DNA of 22,757 nucleotides from a virus (Duplodnaviria; Heunggongvirae; Uroviricota; Caudoviricetes): IMG/VR virus record IMGVR_UViG_2526164666_000014, positions 1 to 22,757 of that record; one strand, 5' to 3'. Shown piece by piece: positions 1 to 7,907 of this stretch (position 1 is its first letter; each line of letters starts with the position of its first letter). The notes under the pieces were generated by a model. It saw only the letters and a program-made list of their open reading frames with translations, ran no database searches and was not told where the DNA came from. The position numbers and the translations under genes were made by a program.

Positions 1-129
1 GAATTAGCCTGACGGGCAATGCTGCGAAGGGCGTTTTCTTGCTGAGGTGTCATTGAACAAGTCCCATGTCGGCAAGCATAAGCACACAGAATATGAAGCC
101 CGCTGCCAGAAAAATGCATTCTGTTGTTG

Positions 130-321
130 TCATGCCGGGTCTCTCTCGTTTGCTTCTGCTTTCGCCGCCATCATTTCCAGCTTTTGTGAAAGGGATGCGG
201 CTAACGTATGAAATTCTTCGTCTGTTTCTACTGGTATTGGCACAAACCTGACTCCAATTTGAGCAAGGCTATGTGCCATCTCAATGCTCGTTCTTAACTC
301 AACAGGAGATGCTTTGTGCAT
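130..321 (-). CDS. hypothetical small protein (63 aa) downstream of exo on the leftward operon
   Basis: ORF in same orientation as exo/bet/gam with balanced composition; no recognised family. Overlaps neighbouring ORF by 28 nt. Confidence 0.25.
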   Translation of the reverse strand: MHKASPVELRTSIEMAHSLAQIGVRFVPIPVETDEEFHTLAASLSQKLEMMAAKAEANERDPA

Positions 322-482
322 ACAGCCCCTCGTTTATTATTTATCTCCTCAGCCAGCCGCTGGGCTTTCAGTGGATTTTGGATAACAGAAAGGCCGGGAA
401 ATACCCAGCCTCGCTTTGTAACGGAGTAGACGAAAGTGATCGTGCCTACGCGGATATTATCGTGAGGATGCTTCATCGCCAT
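294..482 (-). CDS. hypothetical small protein (62 aa) immediately downstream of exo
   Basis: Start overlaps exo stop by about 10 nt, suggesting coupling; no recognised family. Confidence 0.25.
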   Translation of the reverse strand: MAMKHPHDNIRVGTITFVYSVTKRGWVFPGLSVIQNPLKAQRLAEEINNKRGAVCTKHLLLS

Positions 483-1153
483 TGCTCCCCAAATACAAAA
501 CCAATTTCAGCCAGTGCCTCGTCCATTTTTTCGATGAACTCCGGCACCATCTCGTCAAAACTCGCCATGTAATTTTCATCCCGCTCAACCACGACATAAT
601 GCAGGCCTTCACGCTTCATTCGTGGGTCATAGTTGGCAAAGTACCAGGCATCTTTTCGCGTCACCCACATGCTGTACTGCACCTGGGCCATGTAAGCCGA
701 TTTTATGGCCTCGAAACCACCGAGCCGGAACTTCATGAAATCCCGGGAGGTAAACGGGCATTTCAGCTCAAGGCCATTGCCATCACTGCATAAACCATCG
801 GGAGAGCAGGCGGTGCGCATACTTTCGTCGCGATAGATGATCGGGGATTCAATAACATTCACGCCGGAAGTGAATTCAAACAGGGTTCTGGCGTCGTTCT
901 CGTACTGTTTTCCCCAGGCCAGCGCCTTAGCATTAACTTCCGGAGCCACACCGGTGCAAACCTCAGCCAGCAGGGTGTGGAAGTAGGACATTTTCATGTC
1001 AGGCCACTTCTCTCCTGAGCGGGGCTTTGCTATCACGTTGTGAACTTCTGAAGCGGTGATGACGCCGAGCCGTAATTTGTGCCATGCATCATCCCCCTGT
1101 TCGACAGCTCTCACGTCGATCCCGGTACGCTGCAGGATAATGTCCGGTGTCAT
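473..1153 (-). CDS. exo: lambda-type 5'-3' exonuclease (Red alpha), 226 aa
   Basis: Translation is near-identical over its full length to lambda Exo as I recall it; same length; followed upstream by bet and gam in canonical order. Confidence 0.95.
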   Translation of the reverse strand: MTPDIILQRTGIDVRAVEQGDDAWHKLRLGVITASEVHNVIAKPRSGEKWPDMKMSYFHTLLAEVCTGVAPEVNAKALAWGKQYENDARTLFEFTSGVNVIESPIIYRDESMRTACSPDGLCSDGNGLELKCPFTSRDFMKFRLGGFEAIKSAYMAQVQYSMWVTRKDAWYFANYDPRMKREGLHYVVVERDENYMASFDEMVPEFIEKMDEALAEIGFVFGEQWR

Positions 1154-1933
1154 GCTGCCACCTTCTGCTCAGTGGCTTTCTGTTTCAGGAATCCAAGAGC
1201 TTTCACTGCTTCGGCCTGTGTCAGTTCTGACGATGCGCGAATGTCGCGGCGAAATATCTGGGAACAGAGCGGCAATAAGTCGTCATCCCATGTTTTATCC
1301 AGGGCGATCAGCAGAGTGTTAATCTCCTGCATGGTTTCATCGTTAACCGGAGTGATGTCGCGTTCCGGCTGACGTTCTGCAGTGCATGCGGTATTTTCGA
1401 CAATGCGCTCGGCTTCATCCTTGTCATAGATACCAGCAAATCCGAAGGCGAGACGGGCACACTGAATCATGGCTTTATGCCGTAACATCCGTTTGGGATG
1501 CGACTGCCACGGTCCGGTGATTTCTCTGCCTTCGCGGGTTTTGAATGGTTCGCGGCGGCATTCATCCATCCATTCGGTAACGCAGATCGGATGATTACGG
1601 TCCTTGCGGTAAATCCGGCATGTACAGGATTCATTGTCCTGCTCAAGTCCATGCCATCAAACTGCTGGTTTTCATTGATGATACGGGACCAGCCATCAAC
1701 GCCCACCACCGGAACGATGCCGTTCTGCTTGTCAGGGAAGGCGTAAATTCTTTCGTCCACGGATTAAGGCCGTACTGGTTGGCGACGATCAACAATGCGA
1801 TGAACTGCGCATCGCTGGCATCGCCTTTAAATGCCGTCTGGCGAAGAGTGGTGATCAGTTCCTGTGGGTCGACAGAATCCATGCCGACACGTTCAGCCAG
1901 CTTCCCAGCCAGCGTTGCGAGTGCTGTACTCAT
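1150..1933 (-). pseudogene. bet: Red beta single-strand annealing protein, interrupted by two -1 frameshifts
   Basis: Three consecutive minus-strand ORFs (1643-1933, 1467-1760, 1150-1569) together spell the Bet sequence in three frames. Span is 784 nt versus 786 expected. Breaks lie at short T/A runs near 1748 and 1650. Confidence 0.9.
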
Positions 1934-1938
1934 CCGTT

Positions 1939-2235
1939 TTATACCTCTGAATCAATATCAACCTGATGGTGAGCAATGGTTTCAACCATGTACCGGATGT
2001 GTTCTGCCATGCGCTCCTGAAACTCAACATCGTCATCAAACGCACGGGTAATGGCTTTTTTGCTGGCCCCGTGGCGTTGCAAATGATCGATGCATAGCGA
2101 TTCAAACAGGTGCTGGGGCAGGCCTTTTTCCATATCGTCTGCCAGTTCTGCCTCTTTCTCTTCACGGGCGATCTGCTGGTAGTGACGCGCCCAGCTCTGA
2201 GCCTCAAGACGATCCTGAATGTAATAAGCGTTCAT
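1939..2235 (-). CDS. gam: Gam RecBCD inhibitor, short (98 aa) form
   Basis: Translation matches lambda Gam from [21 protein letters not shown] to the C-terminus; the upstream long-form leader is broken by a stop. Confidence 0.9.
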   Translation of the reverse strand: MNAYYIQDRLEAQSWARHYQQIAREEKEAELADDMEKGLPQHLFESLCIDHLQRHGASKKAITRAFDDDVEFQERMAEHIRYMVETIAHHQVDIDSEV

Positions 2236-2453
2236 GGCTGAACTCCTGAAAATGGCTGTGAAAATATCGCCCGCGAAATGCCAGGCTGATTAGGAAAACA
2301 GGAAAGGGGGTAGTGAATGCTTTTGCTTGATCTCAGTTTCTGTATTAATATCCATTTTTTATAAGCGTCGACGGCTTCACGAAACATCTTTTCATCGCCA
2401 ATAAAAGTGGCGATAGTGAATTTAGTCTGGATAGCCATAAGTGTTTGATCCAT
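2232..2453 (-). CDS. kil: Kil (host cell-division inhibitor) homolog, read through to 73 aa
   Basis: Begins [34 protein letters not shown] as in lambda Kil. Where lambda has CAC-TAA the sequence reads CAC-TAC, so the ORF runs on to the gam ATG. Confidence 0.6.
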   Translation of the reverse strand: MDQTLMAIQTKFTIATFIGDEKMFREAVDAYKKWILIQKLRSSKSIHYPLSCFPNQPGISRAIFSQPFSGVQP

Positions 2454-2585
2454 TCTTTGGGACTCCTGGCTGATTAAGTATGTCGATAAGGCGTTTCCAT
2501 CCGTCACGTAATTTACGGGTGATTCGTTCAAGTAAAGATTCGGAAGGCAGCCAGCAACAGGCCACCCTGCAATGGCATATTGCAT
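2422..2585 (-). pseudogene. cIII: cIII (FtsH inhibitor) with -1 frameshift after codon 13
   Basis: Starts MQYAIAGWPVAGC with AAGGAG SD, then diverges. Restoring one C in a CC run recovers the full lambda-like CIII sequence ([41 protein letters not shown]). As written it fuses in frame into kil (ORF 2232-2585). Confidence 0.6.
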
Positions 2586-2657
2586 GGTGTGCTCCTTATT
2601 TATACATAACGAAAAACGCCTCGAGTGAAGCGTTATTGGTATGCGGTAAAGCCGTAC

Positions 2658-3026
2658 TCAGGCGGCCTTGATAGTCATATCATCTGAATCAAATATTCCT
2701 GATGTATCGATATCGGTAATTCTTATTCCTTCGCTACCATCCATTGAAGGCCATCCTTCCTGACCATTTCCATCATTCCAGTCGAACTCACACACAACAC
2801 CATATGCATTTAAGTCGCTTGAAATTGCTATAAGCAGAGCATGTTGCGCCAGCATGATTAATACAGCATTTAATACAGAGCCGTGTTTATTGAGTCGGTA
2901 TTCAGAGTCTGACCAGAAATTATTAATCTGGTGAAGTTTTTCCTCTGTCATTACGTCATGGTCGATTTCAATTTCTATTGATGCTTTCCAGTCGTAATCA
3001 ATGATGTATTTTTTGATGTTTGACAT
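2658..3026 (-). CDS. ea10: Ea10-like early protein (lambda Ea10/Ssb homolog), 122 aa
   Basis: Near-identical over full length to lambda Ea10 as recalled; GAGGA SD upstream of ATG. Confidence 0.85.
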   Translation of the reverse strand: MSNIKKYIIDYDWKASIEIEIDHDVMTEEKLHQINNFWSDSEYRLNKHGSVLNAVLIMLAQHALLIAISSDLNAYGVVCEFDWNDGNGQEGWPSMDGSEGIRITDIDTSGIFDSDDMTIKAA

Positions 3027-3175
3027 CTGTTCATATCCTCACAGATAAAAATCACCCTCACATTGGAGGGCAAAGAAGATTTCCAATAATCAGAACAAGT
3101 CGGCTCCTGTTTAGTTACGAGCGACATTGCTCCGTGTATTCACTCGTTGGAATGAATACACAGTGCTTATTCGTA

Positions 3176-3646
3176 CTAATAAAATACCCAATTTTCTGTT
3201 TCTTGGTTGTGTCCAAAGTTATATTCAATATCTGGTGTTGATGTATCAATATTCTTCATACCATCAACAAGAGTTGATACAACAGCCAAATCTTGTTTGA
3301 TTCTCATTAAATGGTATTTCTTCCGGCGCAATAAACTTTCAATGGCAAGTTTCTTCGTTGGGAATGCAAAAGATCTTTCTGCATTTTTTGCTACTTTCTT
3401 AATTGCATATCTATTTCTCCTTTGTTTCCATTCCTGTAACCACTGATTTGGTGCTGGTTTAAAATTAACAATCCAATGCGCAGGAACCAACCATGCATAA
3501 TGCTCTGTCTGATGAAAAGCTATATATTGAAGTGCGAATATTTTTATCCCATCTTCTTCAACTGTCGCCTGGAATCTCCAGAAAACAGGCATTCCATCAT
3601 GTTCAGTTTCTGATTCAGGAAAAGGTACGCTCCATGATTTTGTCAT
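3176..3646 (-). CDS. hypothetical basic protein, 156 aa, at the ral/sieB position between ea10 and N
   Basis: Clean ORF with GAGGTG SD 7 nt upstream of ATG; AT-rich relative to flanks; no TM segment; no family recognised. Confidence 0.6.
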   Translation of the reverse strand: MTKSWSVPFPESETEHDGMPVFWRFQATVEEDGIKIFALQYIAFHQTEHYAWLVPAHWIVNFKPAPNQWLQEWKQRRNRYAIKKVAKNAERSFAFPTKKLAIESLLRRKKYHLMRIKQDLAVVSTLVDGMKNIDTSTPDIEYNFGHNQETENWVFY

Positions 3647-3704
3647 ATATCACCTCAAATAAGTGGTTTGCTGCCTAATTTCATTTTCTGGCGACCAACA
3701 CAAG

Positions 3705-4088
3705 TCATCTTGCTGTCAGTTGTTTGGATTTCCGGTAGCCTGCCGCGTAAAGAGCTACATTTGGAAGACATACACCAGTTTCTGGTTGCTTATGTCCAAA
3801 CTCATTCGCGTACACAATGGCCGCTCGCTCCAGATTGCGTCTGTATTCTTCCTGCTGCCAGATCACGTCCTGTGCCATGAACTTAATTGGCTTAGCGTCT
3901 TCTATGCGCTCAGGCGTTTCGTGAGTACCTTTAGCCTGAATCTGCGCTCTGCTTAGAGTAGGGCGGTGTAATACTTCTGAACTTATTGCTTCTTCGCGGG
4001 CCAGCACGCCGTTAGCTAATGCCTTTGCCTTTAAACGCTCACGACGACGAGAACGTGAATTGCCTTTGAACTGAGTTCTGCGTGTCAT
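3705..4088 (-). CDS. N: N transcription antiterminator (H-19B/933W type), 127 aa
   Basis: Arginine-rich N-terminal motif (RRTQFKGNSRSRRRERLKAKA) typical of N proteins; positioned left of the immunity region behind a long structured leader. Confidence 0.85.
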   Translation of the reverse strand: MTRRTQFKGNSRSRRRERLKAKALANGVLAREEAISSEVLHRPTLSRAQIQAKGTHETPERIEDAKPIKFMAQDVIWQQEEYRRNLERAAIVYANEFGHKQPETGVCLPNVALYAAGYRKSKQLTAR

Positions 4089-4253
4089 ATAGACCTCCTG
4101 ATGAACTTTGGTGGTGTGGTAGGTGGGAGACCCATTTCGACCTGTTTCGGCCTACTTCAATTCGGCAATAGTCCCGCAGGCCTCGCCGCTTTACGTGCGA
4201 CATATTCCCGTCCATGAACCCTTCACCACACCCCAAAGTTCACTTTGGTTATT

Positions 4254-4268
4254 GCGCTTTGTCAGCGC
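4254..4268 (-). promoter_or_regulatory. candidate nutL boxB hairpin (GCGCU-GACAA-AGCGC in the leftward transcript)
   Basis: 5-bp stem with 5-nt GACAA loop in the N leader; the same CGCTGACAAAGCG core recurs downstream of cro at 6424-6438. Confidence 0.4.
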
Positions 4269-4544
4269 CGTAGATTCATATTCGAATCGTTGTATATTCA
4301 CCGCCCTGGTGAGTAATGCGTCCTGCTGACGACGATAATAATGAACCAATAGTTCGACATTATCAAGAACTATTGGTACGAATTTTGGTGATTTATTAAC
4401 TCTACGAAGTATGATTCTGATATATAAGGAAATTTATTTTTGAAAATGTGGCTGATGAAGGTTATGCGGCAGGGATCATAACTGCATGGTTTAGCGAGTT
4501 ACATCAATAAATACAATTGGTTATGTTTTTTAGGTGGGCGAACG

Positions 4545-4578
4545 TGAGGCAAAGAAAACCCGGCGCTGAGGCCGGGTT
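4545..4578 (-). terminator. rho-independent terminator ending the cI-linked leftward operon
   Basis: 8-bp GC-rich stem (AACCCGGC/GCCGGGTT), 6-nt loop, followed on the minus strand by TTTTCTTTG, about 20 nt after the 42-aa ORF stop. Confidence 0.5.
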
Positions 4579-4597
4579 CTGTCATCTAACTTAAGTA

Positions 4598-4726
4598 TCA
4601 AGCCGCTTTTTGTGAATGATTGATGTGAGCTTCAAAGTCGCGGCGTAGATTTTGAACGCGCTCTACACATCCGCGCATTTCAGCCAAAAGCTTACTAACG
4701 GCAGTATAGTCAAACGCTTTAGTCAT
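4598..4726 (-). CDS. hypothetical 42-aa protein, second gene of immunity-region insert
   Basis: ORF MTKAFDYTAVSKLLAEMRGCVERVQNLRRDFEAHINHSQKAA, preceded by a G-rich/A-rich SD-like stretch; same frame as the upstream 120-aa ORF, separated by one TAA and five codons. Confidence 0.45.
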   Translation of the reverse strand: MTKAFDYTAVSKLLAEMRGCVERVQNLRRDFEAHINHSQKAA

Positions 4727-4741
4727 TTTTTTTCCCCTCGT

Positions 4742-5104
4742 TTAAATGTAAGGCTCAACATCAAGGGCTGCTATTGCTGCGCACAATGCGTCAGGATCGT
4801 CAGCATCGATGGCTTGAGCCAGGTCATTAGCCAGTATAAGTAACTTATCGATGACAGCGATTTCGCTGGTCTTATCTACACGAAAGTATGGGAGCAGAGC
4901 ATTACATACGTCTCTGAATGTCCGTAATTCTGCGACAACGTTCGAAAAGGTAGGATCTTTCTTACGAAGATCCACCAATGGCGCTACTTTAGCTGTTTTC
5001 AGCATTGCACTAATCTCGCCAATCATTGTTCCATGCAGACGATTAAATTCATCAACAGCTCGGTCATGCAAGCTCTTGTTGATTGGCAATACGTTTTGGG
5101 TCAC
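4742..5104 (-). CDS. hypothetical 120-aa protein, first gene of immunity-region insert (rexAB-equivalent position)
   Basis: GTG start with AAGGAG SD 8 nt upstream; helical, acidic C-terminus; no family recognised; separated from cI by a 267-bp AT-rich spacer. Confidence 0.6.
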   Translation of the reverse strand: MTQNVLPINKSLHDRAVDEFNRLHGTMIGEISAMLKTAKVAPLVDLRKKDPTFSNVVAELRTFRDVCNALLPYFRVDKTSEIAVIDKLLILANDLAQAIDADDPDALCAAIAALDVEPYI

Positions 5105-5371
5105 TAACTATACTCCTTATATAGGTGTTCGCCAACAGATTTTCAATATGACTTGGGCGATTTCTGAACAATAAGCACGATTTAGCAATGATTAATTGAT
5201 GTTAAGCACAAATATCTCTACATCGTGCATTTTTAACATTTATACACATAAAATCTAATAAATGGATATAAACCTTATGATGATTTTTCTCAATCGAATT
5301 GAATAATGATCTCTATCACATCACCCAAACGTCTCTTCAGGCCACTGGTTACCAGCTATGTGACGATGAAG

Positions 5372-6079
5372 TCACGAACTTTTCAGCCACTCCCTTGCCT
5401 CGATGTCATCCAGATGGCGAGATTGCTTCAGAATACCAGCCACATACTCCACCTTTGCTACTTGATGATAAGGCAACGTTATTGGCCTGTGGTCCTGGTT
5501 GATGCTTGTAAATTGGTATTCTCCATCTCTGTCATAGCCAAGAACTTTGATCATGTTGTGTCCTTCAACAGTTCTGACAAACACCTCATCCCCCGGGAAT
5601 ACTTTGGTGTTAGGCTCAATGAGTACATATTCTCCTGATTTTATTCTGGGCCACATGCTGTCTCCTTTCACACGAAGACCAAAGGCATCTGGATCATCGC
5701 TATAAATATTGAGCCACCCATCGCGCTCTTCGGTCATCTCGATGGCACCATCAACACCAAGAATTGCCTCACCAACCACGCGCACTAACCCTTTTTTTAA
5801 TTTGCCAACAAATGAAAGAGTATCTTCATCATTCGCTCCATTTAACGAAGTGCCGTGCTGAAGCCAAACAACATCAACGTTTAGAAATTTCGCAAGCGCA
5901 TTCATTTTTTCCTGACGCGGTAAAGACTCAGCATTAAACCATTTGCTAACGCCTTTGGACGAAAGAGAAAGGGCACGGGCTATAGCCATTCCCCTACCAT
6001 GTTCATCAAGACCAGCTTCTTTACAGGCTTGCGCTAGCCGCTGGGCGAATTCTTTGCGCACTTTTTCATTCTGAACCAT
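5372..6079 (-). CDS. cI: CI-type prophage repressor (N-terminal HTH, C-terminal S24 LexA-like autopeptidase), 235 aa
   Basis: HTH-like N-terminus and C-terminal S24-like segment (LRVKGDSMWPRIKSGEYVLIEP...); divergent from cro across an operator region. Confidence 0.9.
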   Translation of the reverse strand: MVQNEKVRKEFAQRLAQACKEAGLDEHGRGMAIARALSLSSKGVSKWFNAESLPRQEKMNALAKFLNVDVVWLQHGTSLNGANDEDTLSFVGKLKKGLVRVVGEAILGVDGAIEMTEERDGWLNIYSDDPDAFGLRVKGDSMWPRIKSGEYVLIEPNTKVFPGDEVFVRTVEGHNMIKVLGYDRDGEYQFTSINQDHRPITLPYHQVAKVEYVAGILKQSRHLDDIEAREWLKSS

Positions 6080-6157
6080 GAGTACGATACTAAAGCACTT
6101 GCAAAAACTTTCAGTTCAACCATAATGCGTACTGAAAGTACGAAAAAGGATATTCCT
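6080..6157. promoter_or_regulatory. oR region: divergent pRM/pR promoters and repressor operators
   Basis: Rightward -35 TTGCAA (6099-6104), 16-nt spacer, -10 CATAAT (6121-6126). Inverted repeat ACTTTCAGT (6107-6115) / ACTGAAAGT (6131-6139) and near-palindrome CGTACTGAAAGTACG (6128-6142) overlap the promoter. Confidence 0.55.
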
Positions 6158-6385
6158 ATGCAAAATCTTGATGAGCCGATTAAAGGTGTCGGCATCCCTG
6201 AAGTTGCGAAGGCTTGTGGAGTTAGCGAAAGGGCTGTCTATAAGTGGCTCAAAAACGGCTTCCTCCCTAAGACTGAGTTTTTTGGGAAAACTAAATACGC
6301 ATCAAAAATCGAAGAGATTTCTGGTGGCAAATATCAAGCAAGCGAAATGCTTGAAATAAGCAAAAAGAACCTTCTGGCTGCATAA
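6158..6385 (+). CDS. cro: Cro-like HTH repressor, 75 aa
   Basis: Small HTH protein (GIPEVAKACGVSERAVYKWLKNG) first on the rightward operon; AAGGA SD 7 nt before ATG 6158. The ORF is open from 6125 but that start lacks an SD. Confidence 0.75.
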   Translation: MQNLDEPIKGVGIPEVAKACGVSERAVYKWLKNGFLPKTEFFGKTKYASKIEEISGGKYQASEMLEISKKNLLAA

Positions 6386-6423
6386 GTAACACCGCTATTT
6401 TCACAATGGACATTCGTCCTACG

Positions 6424-6438
6424 TCGCTGACAAAGCGA
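6424..6438 (+). promoter_or_regulatory. candidate nutR boxB hairpin (UCGCU-GACAA-AGCGA)
   Basis: 5-bp stem, GACAA loop, between cro and cII; a CGCTATTTTCACAA boxA-like stretch lies about 17 nt upstream. Confidence 0.4.
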
Positions 6439-6523
6439 GTCCCAATATATCTGACCAACTAAGGCTACATGCGTTTCCACGCATACCTTTCAACTAACTA
6501 TTCACTATTGGAAATCTTAAGAA

Positions 6524-6820
6524 ATGGAACAAACAAGTTACAGCAAACTATCCCAGCGTGACGTTGATCGCGCAGAAACAGATTTACTCATCAACCTGTC
6601 AACGCTTACCCAGCGCGGTCTGGCAAAGATGATTGGCTGTCATGAATCGAAGATAAGCAGAACGGACTGGAGATTTATTGCTTCGGTCTTGTGTGCTTTC
6701 GGAATGGCATCAGACATCAGTCCGATTAGCAGGGCTTTTAAGTATGCGCTTGATGGACTCACCAATAAAAAACGCCCGGCGGCAACCGAGCGTTCTGATC
6801 AAATACAAATGGAATTTTAA
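6524..6820 (+). CDS. cII: CII transcriptional activator homolog, 98 aa
   Basis: C-terminus TNKKRPAATERSDQIQMEF matches lambda CII; central HTH; position after cro. Confidence 0.85.
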   Translation: MEQTSYSKLSQRDVDRAETDLLINLSTLTQRGLAKMIGCHESKISRTDWRFIASVLCAFGMASDISPISRAFKYALDGLTNKKRPAATERSDQIQMEF

Positions 6821-6842
6821 CAACATCCAACGAGGTAATTAT

Positions 6843-6986
6843 ATGCGAAAAACGCAGGAAAATAAACGCGTTAATCACCGAAAAGATGTGCTACGTGACC
6901 AGTTTTATCAGGGGGTTAATCCAGCAATAGCTGTGCCACTGAGAGAAATACTTAACAGGTACAAAACTTCGGAGAAGTCAAAATGA
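6843..6986 (+). CDS. hypothetical 47-aa protein between cII and replication genes
   Basis: GAGGT SD 7 nt upstream; stop overlaps next start (ATGA); no homolog recognised. Confidence 0.3.
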   Translation: MRKTQENKRVNHRKDVLRDQFYQGVNPAIAVPLREILNRYKTSEKSK

Positions 6987-7800
6987 GCATGAATCTTATG
7001 GCTAAGGCCATGAATATAAAGGTTGGCAACCCACTGAGAAAACTGGTTCTGATTAAACTTGCCGATAACGCCAATGATAATGGCGAATGCTGGCCTTCAT
7101 ATCAACATGTCGCTGACCAGTGTGAGGTGAGCAGATCGACAGTAAAAAGTCACATTAGGGCACTGGAAGATATGGGGCTTTTGAAAAGGGAATTCAGAAG
7201 AAAAGGAGAGCTTAACCAGTCAAACGTTTTTATCTGACGTTGGATAATGCACAACAAATCCAACCAGAATTAGGTGGGGCAGGAGCTGACCGGGGTGGGG
7301 CAGGAGCTGACCGGGGTGGGGCAGGAGCTGACCGGGGTGGGGCAGGAGCTGACCTAGGGGGTGGGGCAGGAGCTGACCCCAGAACCTATCACTCTTTTGA
7401 ACCAGTCAATGAACCTAAAAACATTAAGTTCGAACGTGTCCGAACGAAGTGCGAAAAATCATCTGACCGTCACGAAGAAACCGACAAGGCATTCGAGGAA
7501 ATATTCTGGTGTGCAGGCATGCGGAAAGCCGGGAAGAAAAACGCAGCTTCGGCATTCAGAACACAGTTCAGGGAATGGCGTAAAACTACCGGGGGTACGG
7601 CAAGCGAGTTTGCCACGATGCTGGCAGAAGACATCGCATGCAGGAATGGTAAGCAGTTCGGATTCGACAGGTTGTTACCATCGAGCTACCTGAACGGTCA
7701 GCGCTGGAACGACGAGAAGCCAGAAACCATTCAACCACAAGCCAGACCATCATCCGCAATCACCGTATCGAAAACTGGCTACGTGTTTTTCGACAGGTGA
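6983..7800 (+). CDS. O-like replication initiator (N-terminal HTH, iteron-encoded GGAGADR repeats); apparent -1 frameshift at T5 run 7227-7231
   Basis: ORF 6983-7237 has an HTH and stops at TGA 7235. The next ORF (7240-7800, other frame) has no ATG near its 5' end; adding one T to the run joins them into a roughly 272-aa protein. Origin iterons lie in the linker, as in lambda O. Confidence 0.55.
7276..7380. repeat. replication origin iterons: about five tandem 21-bp repeats GGGGCAGGAGCTGACCGGGGT
   Basis: Three perfect and two variant directly abutting copies inside the initiator gene, followed by a more AT-rich stretch. Confidence 0.7.
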
Positions 7801-7907
7801 ACCATGAAATCAAAAATCAAATCGCTACTGGTCGCTGGTTATAACCACGGCTGGTTAAGTATTTCGTTTGTCGATTTCTGGTTTAAAAATCTCAATCTGA
7901 GGGAATC

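Noticed and set aside
273-793. Plus-strand ORFs of 99 and 103 aa
   Set aside because: Overlap exo and the small leftward ORFs on the opposite strand; nothing supports rightward transcription here.
4345-4375. 10-bp perfect inverted repeat CCAATAGTTC-N11-GAACTATTGG considered as oL
   Set aside because: Does not resemble the oR repeats; may be an RNA hairpin in the N leader or a site for another protein. Not assigned.
7276-7380. Tandem 21-bp repeats considered as a possible CRISPR array
   Set aside because: Units abut with no spacers and lie in frame inside the replication initiator; interpreted as origin iterons.
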